In this document: positions 8,622-16,851 of the stretch, in pieces
Layout: each line of letters starts with the position of its first letter
Numbering within the stretch: position 1 is the stretch's first letter
IMG/VR virus record: IMGVR_UViG_2585427774_000008
DNA from: a virus
Taxonomy: Duplodnaviria > Heunggongvirae > Uroviricota > Caudoviricetes
Reading direction: 5' to 3' (one strand)
Length of the DNA: 41,590 bases
Position numbers and translations under genes: made by a program
The notes under the pieces: generated by a model
Told to the model about the DNA's origin: nothing
The model's input: only the letters and a program-made list of their open reading frames with translations
Database searches by the model: none

Positions 8622-8855
8622 ATGAAAGCACTTGATAAAGCAATATGCATCGTAGGGGGTGCAACCCGTTTAGCAGAAAAGCTCAATGTATCCCCAATGA
8701 CGGTCAGTCACTGGCGTCACCGTGACAATGGATTCGTACCGGCTAACCGTGTCATTCCTATTTTCAATGCTACAGGTGTAACTCCACATGAGTTACGCCC
8801 TGATTTGTACCTCAACCCTACGGATGGGTTACCAGCTCAGGAAGCGGGGGCATAA
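8622..8855 (+). CDS. Cro-like HTH regulator, YdaS family
   Basis: 77 aa from ATG at 8622 with GGAG SD (ORF track N-terminal extension rejected); MKALDKAI...GGATRLAEKLNVSPMTVSHW resembles YdaS/Cro-like proteins. Confidence 0.75.
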   Translation: MKALDKAICIVGGATRLAEKLNVSPMTVSHWRHRDNGFVPANRVIPIFNATGVTPHELRPDLYLNPTDGLPAQEAGA

Positions 8856-8857
8856 CC

Positions 8858-9397
8858 ATGCAGTCACTGTCACTTCATCAAAATAGCGGATATCAACCGG
8901 CTGCGATGATAAATCGCAATCAACCTGTCTCGGTAGATAAACATGACCAGATCCGCGATGCCGTTCGTGCGTGGGCGGGTGTAGATGGTCAGGATGTCGT
9001 TTCTGCTCTGATCGTCGAAGAGTACCGGGCGAAGGGTGGTGACGAGATTACTTTCCCTAGCGATCTCAGCCGACAGCGTCAGAAGCTTTTCCGCTTTCTC
9101 GATAACCATTTCAATAGCGAGCGGTACCGCGAGAACGTTCGTCAGTTGACGCCGGCAATTCTTGCTGTTCTGCCGCTCGAGTTCCGCAATCGCCTGCTAC
9201 CAGAAGACAACGTTATGGCCCGTCTGGCTCGGCTGGAGAAAGAAACCAGCGAAGCGAAGATTGCCGTCGCGATGAATGCTCCACGTCATCAGAAGCTGAA
9301 AGAGTTGAGCGAGGGGATCGTGGAGATGTACCGCGTTGACCCTAGCTTAACCGGTCCATTGATGGAGATGGTGCAGATGATGCTGGGGGTTGTATGA
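8858..9397 (+). CDS. YdaT-like regulatory protein (cII-position)
   Basis: 179-aa ORF immediately downstream of YdaS-like gene, same arrangement as Rac ydaS-ydaT. Confidence 0.5.
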   Translation: MQSLSLHQNSGYQPAAMINRNQPVSVDKHDQIRDAVRAWAGVDGQDVVSALIVEEYRAKGGDEITFPSDLSRQRQKLFRFLDNHFNSERYRENVRQLTPAILAVLPLEFRNRLLPEDNVMARLARLEKETSEAKIAVAMNAPRHQKLKELSEGIVEMYRVDPSLTGPLMEMVQMMLGVV

Positions 9398-9481
9398 CGG
9401 GTTCAAATATGGCGAAAGCCGCGGTGCTCGAACACCAACGGCTTTCAGGTGCAAAAACTGAGCGTAATTGCGGAGAACAGT

Positions 9482-10390
9482 ATGTCAAATACCGCTGAAA
9501 TAATCAATTTCCCAAATAAAACCGAACAACCGGGAGGTCGTATGGCCGACCTGTCGAACGGGTATACCAAGGTCGCTAACGAGATCCAACAGCTTAAGCC
9601 TCGCCTGAGACTGTCAGGCCGGGAATGGCAATGTTTTGAGGCGGTGATCTGGCTTACCTACGGCTGGAACAAGAAACAGGACCGCGTGACAAATACGGTT
9701 ATTGCCGAGCTTACGGGCCTGAGCGATACGCATGTATCGGACGCGCTTAAGTCTCTCGCAGAACGCAAAATCATCTTTTCACAGAAGCAGGGCATGATGA
9801 AAATCGTCGGTGTAAACACTGACCTTTCAGCATGGATTTTAGACAAACCGGAAACGGGAAGAAAATTCCCGAAAACGGGAAAATCCTTCCCGAAATCAGG
9901 AATAACCTTCCCGAAAACGGTAGACACCCAATACAAGAACAAGAACAGTATTAAAAGATCTTCGTCCGAGAATTCTGACGAATCCTCTGACGCACGTCTG
10001 AAGAAATTTTTATCAACTCATCCTGAAGCTGCGGTCTACACACCATCCGGTGCGAAGTGGGGCTCTGCTGAAGACCTCGAGACAGCTAAGTGGATTTCCT
10101 CCAGGGTGAAGCTGATTAACCCAACCTGCAAAGCCCCGGACATGACCTCCTGGTCTAACACTGTTCGCCTGATGCGCCAGATAGACGACCGGTCGCACCA
10201 GGACATCTGCGCGCTGTATGACTGGGCTAGCAAACACCACTTCTGGCAGACCAACATCCTGAGTCCCGAAAGCCTGCGTAAGCAGTGGGACAAGCTGACA
10301 ATGCAGCGTAACGCCGGAGGTGAGCAGCGCGCTGTCAAGCCAGATCTGGACTTCAACAACACTGACTGGGCCTATGGGGTGATCCGATGA
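9482..10390 (+). CDS. Replication initiation protein, lambda O-like
   Basis: 302 aa from ATG at 9482 with GGAGA SD; N-terminal replisome-organiser-like region (LSGREWQCFEAVIWLTYGW...AELTGLSDTHVSDALKSL); contains iterons. Confidence 0.8.
   Translation: MSNTAEIINFPNKTEQPGGRMADLSNGYTKVANEIQQLKPRLRLSGREWQCFEAVIWLTYGWNKKQDRVTNTVIAELTGLSDTHVSDALKSLAERKIIFSQKQGMMKIVGVNTDLSAWILDKPETGRKFPKTGKSFPKSGITFPKTVDTQYKNKNSIKRSSSENSDESSDARLKKFLSTHPEAAVYTPSGAKWGSAEDLETAKWISSRVKLINPTCKAPDMTSWSNTVRLMRQIDDRSHQDICALYDWASKHHFWQTNILSPESLRKQWDKLTMQRNAGGEQRAVKPDLDFNNTDWAYGVIR
9846..9923 (+). repeat. Iterons (candidate replication origin) inside O-like gene
   Basis: Four direct repeats of (t/a)cccgaaa(a/t)c(g/a)gg starting at 9846, 9867, 9888, 9909 with exact 21-bp spacing, followed by A-rich tract; encodes FPKTG/FPKSG peptide repeats. 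Confidence 0.65.
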
Positions 10391-11076
10391 AATCTCTTGC
10401 AGAGCAGATGCGTAACCACGACCGCGAGCAGATGAGCCGCATGGCCCATAACCTGCCAGAGCAGTACCAGGAGTGCGCGCTGGTCGAGCAGGTGGCGCAG
10501 GTATTCAACAAGCTGTTCAACGAGCTGCGCGCCGCGTTCCCGGCCAGCATGGCGAACTTTCGCACCCAGGAAGACCTGAACGAATTCCGCCGTCAGTGGC
10601 TGCTGGCGTTTCAGGAGAACGGGATCCACACCATGGCTCAGGTCGATGCCGGCATGCGCATTGCCCGCCGCCAGGAGCGCCCATTCCTGCCGTCGCCGGG
10701 CCAGTTCGTAGCCTGGTGCAAGCAGAGCGGCGGCGCGCTGGGCGTCAACGTTGACCAGGTGATCGCCGAATACTGGGACTGGCGTAACCGCTCGTTCGAA
10801 TTCATCTCCAGCGAGCAATTTCCATGGTCGCAGCCGGTCATGTACCACATTTGCGTAGAATTGCGCCACCGCAGCACCGAGCGCCAGTTAACGCATGGTG
10901 AACTGGCACGCGAGGCAGGCGATCTGCTGGACATGTGGGAAAGGCGCGTCACCGAGGGTAAGCCAGTGCCGCCGGTACGCCGGGCTATTGCCGCACCAGC
11001 TGCCGAGCAAGGGCCGACGCCGATCCAGCTGCTGCTGGCCAAGTACAACCGCAACAAGTCGAACGGGATGGTGTGA
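10387..11076 (+). CDS. P: Replication protein P (DnaB helicase loader), lambda P-like
   Basis: 229-aa ORF; closely resembles lambda P as recalled (FDREQM...MPEQY...RPFLPSPGQFVAWC). Confidence 0.9.
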   Translation: MKSLAEQMRNHDREQMSRMAHNLPEQYQECALVEQVAQVFNKLFNELRAAFPASMANFRTQEDLNEFRRQWLLAFQENGIHTMAQVDAGMRIARRQERPFLPSPGQFVAWCKQSGGALGVNVDQVIAEYWDWRNRSFEFISSEQFPWSQPVMYHICVELRHRSTERQLTHGELAREAGDLLDMWERRVTEGKPVPPVRRAIAAPAAEQGPTPIQLLLAKYNRNKSNGMV

Positions 11077-11138
11077 CATGAACATAACAATCCGTGAGCA
11101 GGTGCTGGCAGCCCTGCGCAACAACCCAGGGTTGAACA

Positions 11139-11318
11139 ATGCCAAACTGGCAGGGCTTCCCGGAGTGGTACATCATCGATCAGGACTATCGGGGGCAGAA
11201 GTACGCGAAGGACAAGCAGGTTGCGCGTTGTGGCAACGCAGTTCCGCCGCCATTCGCCGAGGCACTGGTGAGGGCTAATTTACCGGAGCTTTGTCAGCAG
11301 AAAGAGATCGCAGCTTAA
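11139..11318 (+). pseudogene. C-terminal remnant of a C5-cytosine DNA methyltransferase
   Basis: 59-codon ORF ending ...QGFPEWYII...ARCGNAVPPPFAEALVRANLPELCQQKEIAA; GNAVPP is the motif X signature; no upstream catalytic motifs present. Confidence 0.5.
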
Positions 11319-11906
11319 TGTCCGAGTTTCAGAACATGGTGTAACAAATCCTGCTACTTCAATGACGTAGATTCAAACCTGATATAATTAGGCTCTTCAC
11401 AACACGAGGAGCCTAAAATGCACCATTACATGATCCCTATCAACGGAACTGTTCACCTGATCAAGACTGACTCTCTAATCCCTGAAGGGACTGAGTATAG
11501 CTTTGAAGGAGAAAGTCTAATCTGCGCTCATGCCACTTTTAAATCTGGGACGTATGGCTTCCTGATACCAAAGGGAAATCAGTTGAATAGAGAGCATGCG
11601 TTCTGGCATGTAAGTGGAATTCACCCTAATCCCCTGGGAATGGATAAATCGTAATCCATAATATGCATGCCATCGTCCTGAACATACGGTGGCATGCATC
11701 CGGCACTACAACAGAAACGTTAAAGTGCAAACAATACAATTCGAGCAATATTCAACCTGTCACAGATGGCGAATACCACCGCCATTTCGTGCATTCTGTG
11801 GTTTCTATTACCCATTGCGTTAATGCTGTCCAATCATCAGCTCGCTGAGGCGCTGGTTAGGGCTAACCTACAGGAGCTTTGTCAGCAGAAACAAATAGCG
11901 GCGTAA
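11255..11906 (+). repeat. Diverged direct repeat pair (about 64 bp, about 83 percent identity) flanking an inserted segment
   Basis: 11255-11318 and 11843-11906 both encode AEALVRANL(P/Q)ELCQQK(E/Q)IAA-stop; 11 mismatches counted by eye. Confidence 0.6.
11418..11654 (+). CDS. Hypothetical moron protein
   Basis: 78-aa ORF with AGGAG SD and upstream AT-rich promoter-like sequence (gatataatt); lies between the repeat pair. Confidence 0.4.
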   Translation: MHHYMIPINGTVHLIKTDSLIPEGTEYSFEGESLICAHATFKSGTYGFLIPKGNQLNREHAFWHVSGIHPNPLGMDKS

Positions 11907-11924
11907 TAAAACATCGCTAATTCA

Positions 11925-11952
11925 ACCCGCTACGGCGGGGTTTTTTTTTTTT
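11925..11952 (+). terminator. Rho-independent terminator
   Basis: cccgc-tacg-gcggg hairpin followed by 12 T. Confidence 0.7.
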
Positions 11953-12013
11953 CTACTGACAGAAAATTAACAATTTGTGCTCTTAAAGCGTTGATCATTT
12001 CCGCGCATAGGTA

Positions 12014-12033
12014 TACTGTATAAAAACACAGTA
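12014..12033 (+). promoter_or_regulatory. LexA (SOS) box overlapping promoter of dinI-like gene
   Basis: TACTGTATAAAAACACAGTA matches CTGT-N8-ACAG consensus; overlaps a TATACT -10 candidate about 20 nt upstream of the gene. Confidence 0.7.
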
Positions 12034-12051
12034 AATGCAATGGGGGCCATT

Positions 12052-12285
12052 ATGAAAGTTGAATTAACCATTGATCGCATGAAAGAACTTCCTAAAGGCG
12101 CAGTACCAGCACTGGAGAAAGAACTGCTTAAGCGCCTGAATGATCACTATGACAATTGCAGGCTCACAATCCGCCGTGCCGGGGCCGATGGGTTAAGTGT
12201 TTTTGGTGGTGACAAGGACGATAAAAAGAAAATTGAATCAATCCTCCAGGATACCTGGGAAAGCGCTGACGACTGGTTTTATTAG
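12052..12285 (+). CDS. dinI: DinI-family protein
   Basis: 77 aa from ATG at 12052; MKVELTIDRMKELPKGA...ILQDTWESADDWF closely resembles E. coli DinI as recalled. Confidence 0.85.
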   Translation: MKVELTIDRMKELPKGAVPALEKELLKRLNDHYDNCRLTIRRAGADGLSVFGGDKDDKKKIESILQDTWESADDWFY

Positions 12286-12402
12286 AATTGCGCTTAAGGC
12301 TGGCGCGCATTTTTCAGAATACCGCAATTTGCGTAACCCTCTGATGCTGCTGCCGACAATCTTTAATCGCGTCTGTTAGTCGCTCGAAGGGAGAACATAA
12401 AT

Positions 12403-12651
12403 GTGAGTGATTCAGCTTTGCAAACGTCAGAAGACAACTGGTATGACATTGTAAGAAGGTCTGACGGCTGCGTGGTGTTTAGCTTTCCTTCATCGGGCAG
12501 GCATCTAATTTATCGCGTCAATGGCATGGTTTCTATGCGGCCTTTGCTGGATGATGAAGAGGTCTTTACTCCTAATGGTTTTATGCAGTTTATTCACCGT
12601 CTCGGCTACCGGGTAACCCCACCTTCTGATAATATGAAATCAACGGTCTGA
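12403..12651 (+). CDS. Hypothetical protein
   Basis: 82-aa ORF from GTG with AGGGAG SD. Confidence 0.4.
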   Translation: MSDSALQTSEDNWYDIVRRSDGCVVFSFPSSGRHLIYRVNGMVSMRPLLDDEEVFTPNGFMQFIHRLGYRVTPPSDNMKSTV

Positions 12652-12685
12652 ACAACCGTAACCTACTGCGCCACGGAGAGAAACC

Positions 12686-13285
12686 ATGGCGCACGAACTA
12701 CAACTCATCAAGCATTCCTCAGGAATCCTGATCCCCGCTACGCCGGAGACCAGTGATTTACTGCAATCAAAAATCAAACTCGGCTCCGTACTGGTGGCTG
12801 AGTTCCGGCAGGTACGCAACCCGGCCTTTCACCGTCGTTTCTTCGCGTTACTCAATCTCGGTTTCGAATACTGGGAACCCACCGGCGGGGCAATCTCCTC
12901 CAACGAACGCAAGCTGGTAACCGGCTATGCCAAGTTCCTTGCCTCATTCGCGGGAAGTGAAGCAGCACTCCTGGATGCTGCTGAGCAATATCTGGACCGC
13001 ATCGCCGATAAGCGTACTGGTAGCATCTGCGCCTGTAAGTCATTCGATGCATATCGTGCATGGGTCACTATTGAGTCCGGCCATTACGACGCCATTCAGC
13101 TGCCTGACGGCACCCTCCGCAAACATCCCCGCAGTATCTCATTCGCAAATATGGATGAAACTGAGTTCCAGCAGCTGTACAAAGCCGCGCTCGATGTTCT
13201 GTGGCGATGGATACTCTCCCGATCATTTCGCAGTTGTGAAGAGGCAGAAAACGCCGCCGCCCAGCTGATGAGCTTTGCGGGGTGA
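12686..13285 (+). CDS. Hypothetical nin-region protein
   Basis: 199-aa ORF with AGAGA SD-like sequence; typical position between replication genes and rusA. Confidence 0.55.
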   Translation: MAHELQLIKHSSGILIPATPETSDLLQSKIKLGSVLVAEFRQVRNPAFHRRFFALLNLGFEYWEPTGGAISSNERKLVTGYAKFLASFAGSEAALLDAAEQYLDRIADKRTGSICACKSFDAYRAWVTIESGHYDAIQLPDGTLRKHPRSISFANMDETEFQQLYKAALDVLWRWILSRSFRSCEEAENAAAQLMSFAG

Positions 13286-13491
13286 TGGCGATGAAATTTT
13301 CCTGGTTCCACCATCACGAATGCACCACCGAACAGGCCGACGAGCTGGTGGAGAAATACCGGGCGCGCGGTGTAAAGACAGAGCGCAGCCTGAATCGCGA
13401 CAACATCACCTGGACCGTCAGCGCGCAATTGCCGGAAGGCGATAACGCGCCTCGCCCGAGCCGGGTATGGCAAAGCAAGGCGTGGGGGTGA
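13285..13491 (+). CDS. Hypothetical small protein
   Basis: About 68 aa; start overlaps upstream stop (GTGATGG). Confidence 0.4.
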   Translation: MAMKFSWFHHHECTTEQADELVEKYRARGVKTERSLNRDNITWTVSAQLPEGDNAPRPSRVWQSKAWG

Positions 13492-13493
13492 GC

Positions 13494-13784
13494 ATGGCAA
13501 ATTTACGCAAAGAGGCTCGTGGTCGTGATTGTCAGGTTCGAATTCCCGGCGTCTGCAACGGTAACCCGGAAACGTCTGTACTGGCGCACATTCGCCTGGC
13601 CGGGTTATGTGGCACCGGAATCAAACCGCCTGATCTGATTGCCACCATTGCATGCTCTGCCTGTCACGACGAGATCGACCGCCGTACACATTTTGTCGAT
13701 GCTGAGTATGCTAAAGAATGCGCGCTGGAAGGTATGGCGAGAACGCAGGTTATCTGGCTGAAAGAGGAGGTAATCAAGGCGTGA
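13494..13784 (+). CDS. YbcO-like (DUF1364-like) nin-region protein
   Basis: 96 aa from ATG at 13494 with GGGGGTGA SD; Cys-rich [13 protein letters not shown]...CSACHDE; sits immediately upstream of rusA as in DLP12. Confidence 0.6.
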   Translation: MANLRKEARGRDCQVRIPGVCNGNPETSVLAHIRLAGLCGTGIKPPDLIATIACSACHDEIDRRTHFVDAEYAKECALEGMARTQVIWLKEEVIKA

Positions 13785-14143
13785 ATACTTACAACATCAC
13801 ATTGCCCTGGCCGCCGAGCAATAACCGCTACTACCGCCATAATCGCGGGCGCACGCACATCAGCGCAGAAGGGCAGGCATACCGCGATAACGTCGCCCGA
13901 ATCATTAAAAACGCAATGCTGGATATCGGTCTGGCTATGCCTGTGAAAATCCGCATTGAGTGCCACATGCCGGATCGCCGTCGCCGTGACCTGGATAATC
14001 TGCAAAAGGCCGCTTTTGACGCACTCATCAAAGCAGGTTTCTGGCTGGACGATGCTCAGGTCGTTGATTATCGCGTTGTGAAGATGCCCGTTACCAAAGG
14101 TGGAAAGCTGGAACTGACAATCACCGGGCTGGAGGCCGTATGA
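13781..14143 (+). CDS. rusA: Holliday junction resolvase RusA
   Basis: 120 aa from GTG at 13781 with GAGGAGG SD; near-identical to E. coli RusA as recalled ([25 protein letters not shown]...[13 protein letters not shown]). Confidence 0.9.
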   Translation: MNTYNITLPWPPSNNRYYRHNRGRTHISAEGQAYRDNVARIIKNAMLDIGLAMPVKIRIECHMPDRRRRDLDNLQKAAFDALIKAGFWLDDAQVVDYRVVKMPVTKGGKLELTITGLEAV

Positions 14144-14280
14144 CATTTGAATCCTGTTTTTCCGATCACCTCCGCGTTCGCTGGCAGCGGCTTCGCTTAT
14201 ACCACTTTCCCGGCTCTGTGCTAACGGACTACCGGATACTGAAGAATTACGTGAAAACTTATGCTGGAGAAGCGCTATGA
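14140..14280 (+). CDS. YlcG-like small protein
   Basis: 46-aa ORF not in track ([25 protein letters not shown]...); ATGA overlaps with rusA stop and with Q start. Confidence 0.5.
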   Translation: MTFESCFSDHLRVRWQRLRLYHFPGSVLTDYRILKNYVKTYAGEAL

Positions 14281-15059
14281 ACCTTGAAAACACAGTGAAA
14301 TACCACTTCGCTAAATCCACACTGATTAGCGATTCTCCGCGCGCTACCGCCTCCGATTCACTGACCGGTACCGACATAATGGCTGCCATGGGCATGACGC
14401 AGGAACGCGCCGCAATGGGTTACAGCGCCTTCCTCGGCAAGATGGGCATAAGCAATAACGACCGGGATCGGGCGATCGGTCTGCTGGCTGAGTACGCGAT
14501 GACAAAATGCGACAAGGTTGCCGCACTGCGTAAGCTCGGTGCCGCGGTTAAACCTCAGGTGATGCACCAGTTGGCCACCTTCGCTTTTGAGGACTATTCC
14601 CGCAGCGCTGCCAGCGTGAAGCAGTGCGATTGTTGTGACGGTCAGGGCTTCATTGAGGCTGACGTGTTTACCAATAAATTCCGTAAGCCAGAAGGGAAAA
14701 TGACCGTGTCCGGGATGGTGAAGGTCAAAGAATCCATCAAAGTGCTATGCAAAAAGTGTAATGGCTCTGGTGTGGTTAGTGCTTCTTGCAGTGATTGCCA
14801 TGGGCGCGGCAAGGCAGTGAACCAGGCTCTTACTGAGAAACAGGGCGTTCCTGTTCTGGCTGACTGTAAGCGCTGCGGAGGGCGTGGGTATGAACGACTT
14901 CCGTCGACTGAAGCCTATGCTGCTGTATGCCAGATTACTGACGCCATTAGCCTGGACACCTGGAAAAAGTCTGTTAAGCCATTCTACGACCTGCTGATCA
15001 CGAAATTTGATATCGAAGAGTCCTGGGCCGAAAAACAGCTTAAGCAGATAACGCGGTAA
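14277..15059 (+). CDS. Late-gene antiterminator Q-like protein
   Basis: 260-aa ORF with GGAGAAG SD; four CxxCxGxG zinc-finger repeats; positioned between rusA and lysis cassette. Confidence 0.65.
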   Translation: MNLENTVKYHFAKSTLISDSPRATASDSLTGTDIMAAMGMTQERAAMGYSAFLGKMGISNNDRDRAIGLLAEYAMTKCDKVAALRKLGAAVKPQVMHQLATFAFEDYSRSAASVKQCDCCDGQGFIEADVFTNKFRKPEGKMTVSGMVKVKESIKVLCKKCNGSGVVSASCSDCHGRGKAVNQALTEKQGVPVLADCKRCGGRGYERLPSTEAYAAVCQITDAISLDTWKKSVKPFYDLLITKFDIEESWAEKQLKQITR

Positions 15060-15115
15060 CGCCTATAGCGATAGCCTATGATTTTGTCTTGGGCTATTTA
15101 CTTTTCCCGAATCTG

Positions 15116-15198
15116 TGTTAATTTTGTCCCAACGATGGGTTAATGCCTTCGTTTCAAGCCCTGCGGATAACACCGTGGGGTTTTTGCGTTTCTGGAGA
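15116..15198 (+). promoter_or_regulatory. Candidate late promoter and short-transcript terminator (PR'/tR'-like)
   Basis: Extended -10-like TGgGTTAAT (15136-15144); hairpin ccctgcgg-ataaca-ccgtgggg (15169-15190, two G-U pairs) followed by TTTTT. Confidence 0.35.
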
Positions 15199-15262
15199 CA
15201 GCAATACCAAGGTTCGAGACATTCAGGTAAAATTGATGCATTACAGGATGTGAGGTTGGGGA

Positions 15263-15832
15263 ATGAATAATCTACCCGATGATTACTTTTTGGATGCGGA
15301 CGACGAACTCGTTGCTTTTCTGGAGAAGCAGGGCGAGGATTGTATACGCGAAATTCACCAGTCCAACGCACTAAACAAAGAAAATGGCCAGAAGTTATTG
15401 AGTATACTCATTGCTGGCGTGGGCTCGTCATTTTTGTTATTAACGCAACGTACAGGTTTTGATTACCTCACCGCTGGAATGTCTGTTTTTTTAGTCTACT
15501 GGGCAATGTGTGCGGCTTATCTTGTTCGCTGCGTCCTCGTTGTAAGGTCACGAGCTCTCGTGTCATCGACACCCTATGCGCTTTACCATGATGGCTATAA
15601 AGGGTTTACTGAAGATGATTACACTGGTTTTGAGTCGAAAGGATTTTCAGGAAAGCGTTCAACATTGAACGTCTTGCGGCGCTACCGGCTTGCGGATTTA
15701 ACCAGAATGGCTGAAATGAGTAAAAAAGAGAATGCCAGAATAGGCCGAGAACTAGAAAGGGTAAGGATCGCTACAATCCTCACCCCTGTTTGTGCACTTG
15801 TAATCTCAGTACTTACTTACCTTTTTTTCTGA
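15263..15832 (+). CDS. Hypothetical membrane protein (late moron)
   Basis: 189-aa ORF with GAGG SD; acidic N-terminus, hydrophobic segments LLSILIAGVGSSFLLL, VFLVYWAMCAAYLV and ILTPVCALVISVLTYLFF. Confidence 0.5.
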   Translation: MNNLPDDYFLDADDELVAFLEKQGEDCIREIHQSNALNKENGQKLLSILIAGVGSSFLLLTQRTGFDYLTAGMSVFLVYWAMCAAYLVRCVLVVRSRALVSSTPYALYHDGYKGFTEDDYTGFESKGFSGKRSTLNVLRRYRLADLTRMAEMSKKENARIGRELERVRIATILTPVCALVISVLTYLFF

Positions 15833-15962
15833 TGTTTTCAGCAGAATCGGCAACAAAGGTATAACCTGTCCTCAGATTTCTTTCGGCTGGCTGTGGAGCC
15901 GGTTTAGGCTGTGGTGCGGGTTGAGGCTTATTTTCTCCAGATGGTTTGTTTGATTCACTCAT
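15813..15962 (-). CDS. Small Pro/Gln-rich ORF, doubtful
   Basis: 49-aa ORF not in track with GGAGAA SD (MSESNKPSGENKPQPAPQPKPAPQPAE...); overlaps 3' end of previous gene. Confidence 0.25.
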   Translation of the reverse strand: MSESNKPSGENKPQPAPQPKPAPQPAERNLRTGYTFVADSAENIRKKGK

Positions 15963-16054
15963 ATAATTCTCCATGTTTGATAGGGTTATTTTTGGCGATT
16001 TAACGATATCAAATACAGTGATTTGCTGCTAGAGCATGCACTTATCTATAACTC

Positions 16055-16086
16055 GCCCCGGCACCCGCTGGGGCTTTTTTATTTCC
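16055..16086 (+). terminator. Rho-independent terminator upstream of lysis cassette
   Basis: 8-bp GC-rich stem gccccggc/gctggggc with acc(c) loop followed by TTTTTTATTT. Confidence 0.65.
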
Positions 16087-16196
16087 GGCTCACGGTAATC
16101 ATCCGCTACGTGCTTTGTTGATAAATCCAACCCGTGAAGCCTGAGCCTATTTCCCCTCATACCTGAGAGGACTCACAGCAATTAAGAGGGGGCTAA

Positions 16197-16583
16197 ATGT
16201 CCGATCCAATTTCCGGTACTGGGCTGGCTGGTGGTGCCCTGACGGGTGCCAGTGTTTATGGACTGCTGACCGGAACTGATTACGGCGTTGTATTTGGCGC
16301 ATTTGCAGGGGCTGTATTCTACATAGCAACAGCAGCGGATCTGAGCGCATCGCGCCGACTGGCATATTTTATCGTGTCGTATATTGCCGGGATCCTTTGC
16401 TCTGGGTTGGTTGGCTCCAAGCTGGCAAGCTTGACCGGATACAGTGATAAACCTCTGGATGCCATTGGTGCCGTAATCGTATCTGCTTTAGCCGTTAAGA
16501 TCCTGACGTTCCTGAATAATCAGGATATCGGGTCGCTGGTGGCGCTCATAACGCGCCGGGGAGGTTCAGGTGGAGCTAAATGA
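16197..16583 (+). CDS. Putative holin
   Basis: 128-aa ORF with AAGAGGGGG SD; Gly/Ala-rich hydrophobic helices; first gene of lysis cassette. Confidence 0.6.
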   Translation: MSDPISGTGLAGGALTGASVYGLLTGTDYGVVFGAFAGAVFYIATAADLSASRRLAYFIVSYIAGILCSGLVGSKLASLTGYSDKPLDAIGAVIVSALAVKILTFLNNQDIGSLVALITRRGGSGGAK

Positions 16584-16851
16584 CCCGACAGCAACTATAA
16601 ACGCGCTGTTATGTGCTTGTGTTGTTATTACTCTGATGTTTTATCGTCGTGGTGATTCGCGGCATCGTCCTTGGGTTTCACGTTTAGCCTGGCTGATTAC
16701 TGTTACATACAGTGCTGTTCCGTTGGCCTATCTCTGTGGGATTTATCCCCATTCCTCATGGCCCATTATCGTGGCGAATACTATTTTTCTTTCCGTGCTG
16801 GTGGCCGTCAGAGGCAACGTTGCACGCCTGGTTGATCATCTGAGGCACTAA
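16570..16851 (+). CDS. Second holin-like membrane protein
   Basis: 93-aa ORF from GTG with GGGGAGG SD; two to three hydrophobic segments; overlaps neighbours. Confidence 0.5.
   Translation: MELNDPTATINALLCACVVITLMFYRRGDSRHRPWVSRLAWLITVTYSAVPLAYLCGIYPHSSWPIIVANTIFLSVLVAVRGNVARLVDHLRH

Noticed and set aside
10372-11176. Several long antisense ORFs (10372-10869, 10638-11090, 10888-11145, 10985-11176) overlapping the P-like gene
   Set aside because: They lie opposite a protein with clear lambda P similarity in a GC-rich region where shadow ORFs are expected; no SD or recognisable protein features.
11663-11906. ORFs 11663-11848 (61 aa) and 11766-11906 (46 aa, hydrophobic N-terminus) considered as small toxin-like genes
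   Set aside because: The 3' end of the second is the diverged copy of the methyltransferase C-terminus, so it is more likely a recombination remnant; no SD for either. Kept only as part of the repeat/moron finding.
12197-12379. 60-aa ORF overlapping the end of the dinI-like gene
   Set aside because: Overlaps a well-supported gene in another frame with no SD; likely spurious.
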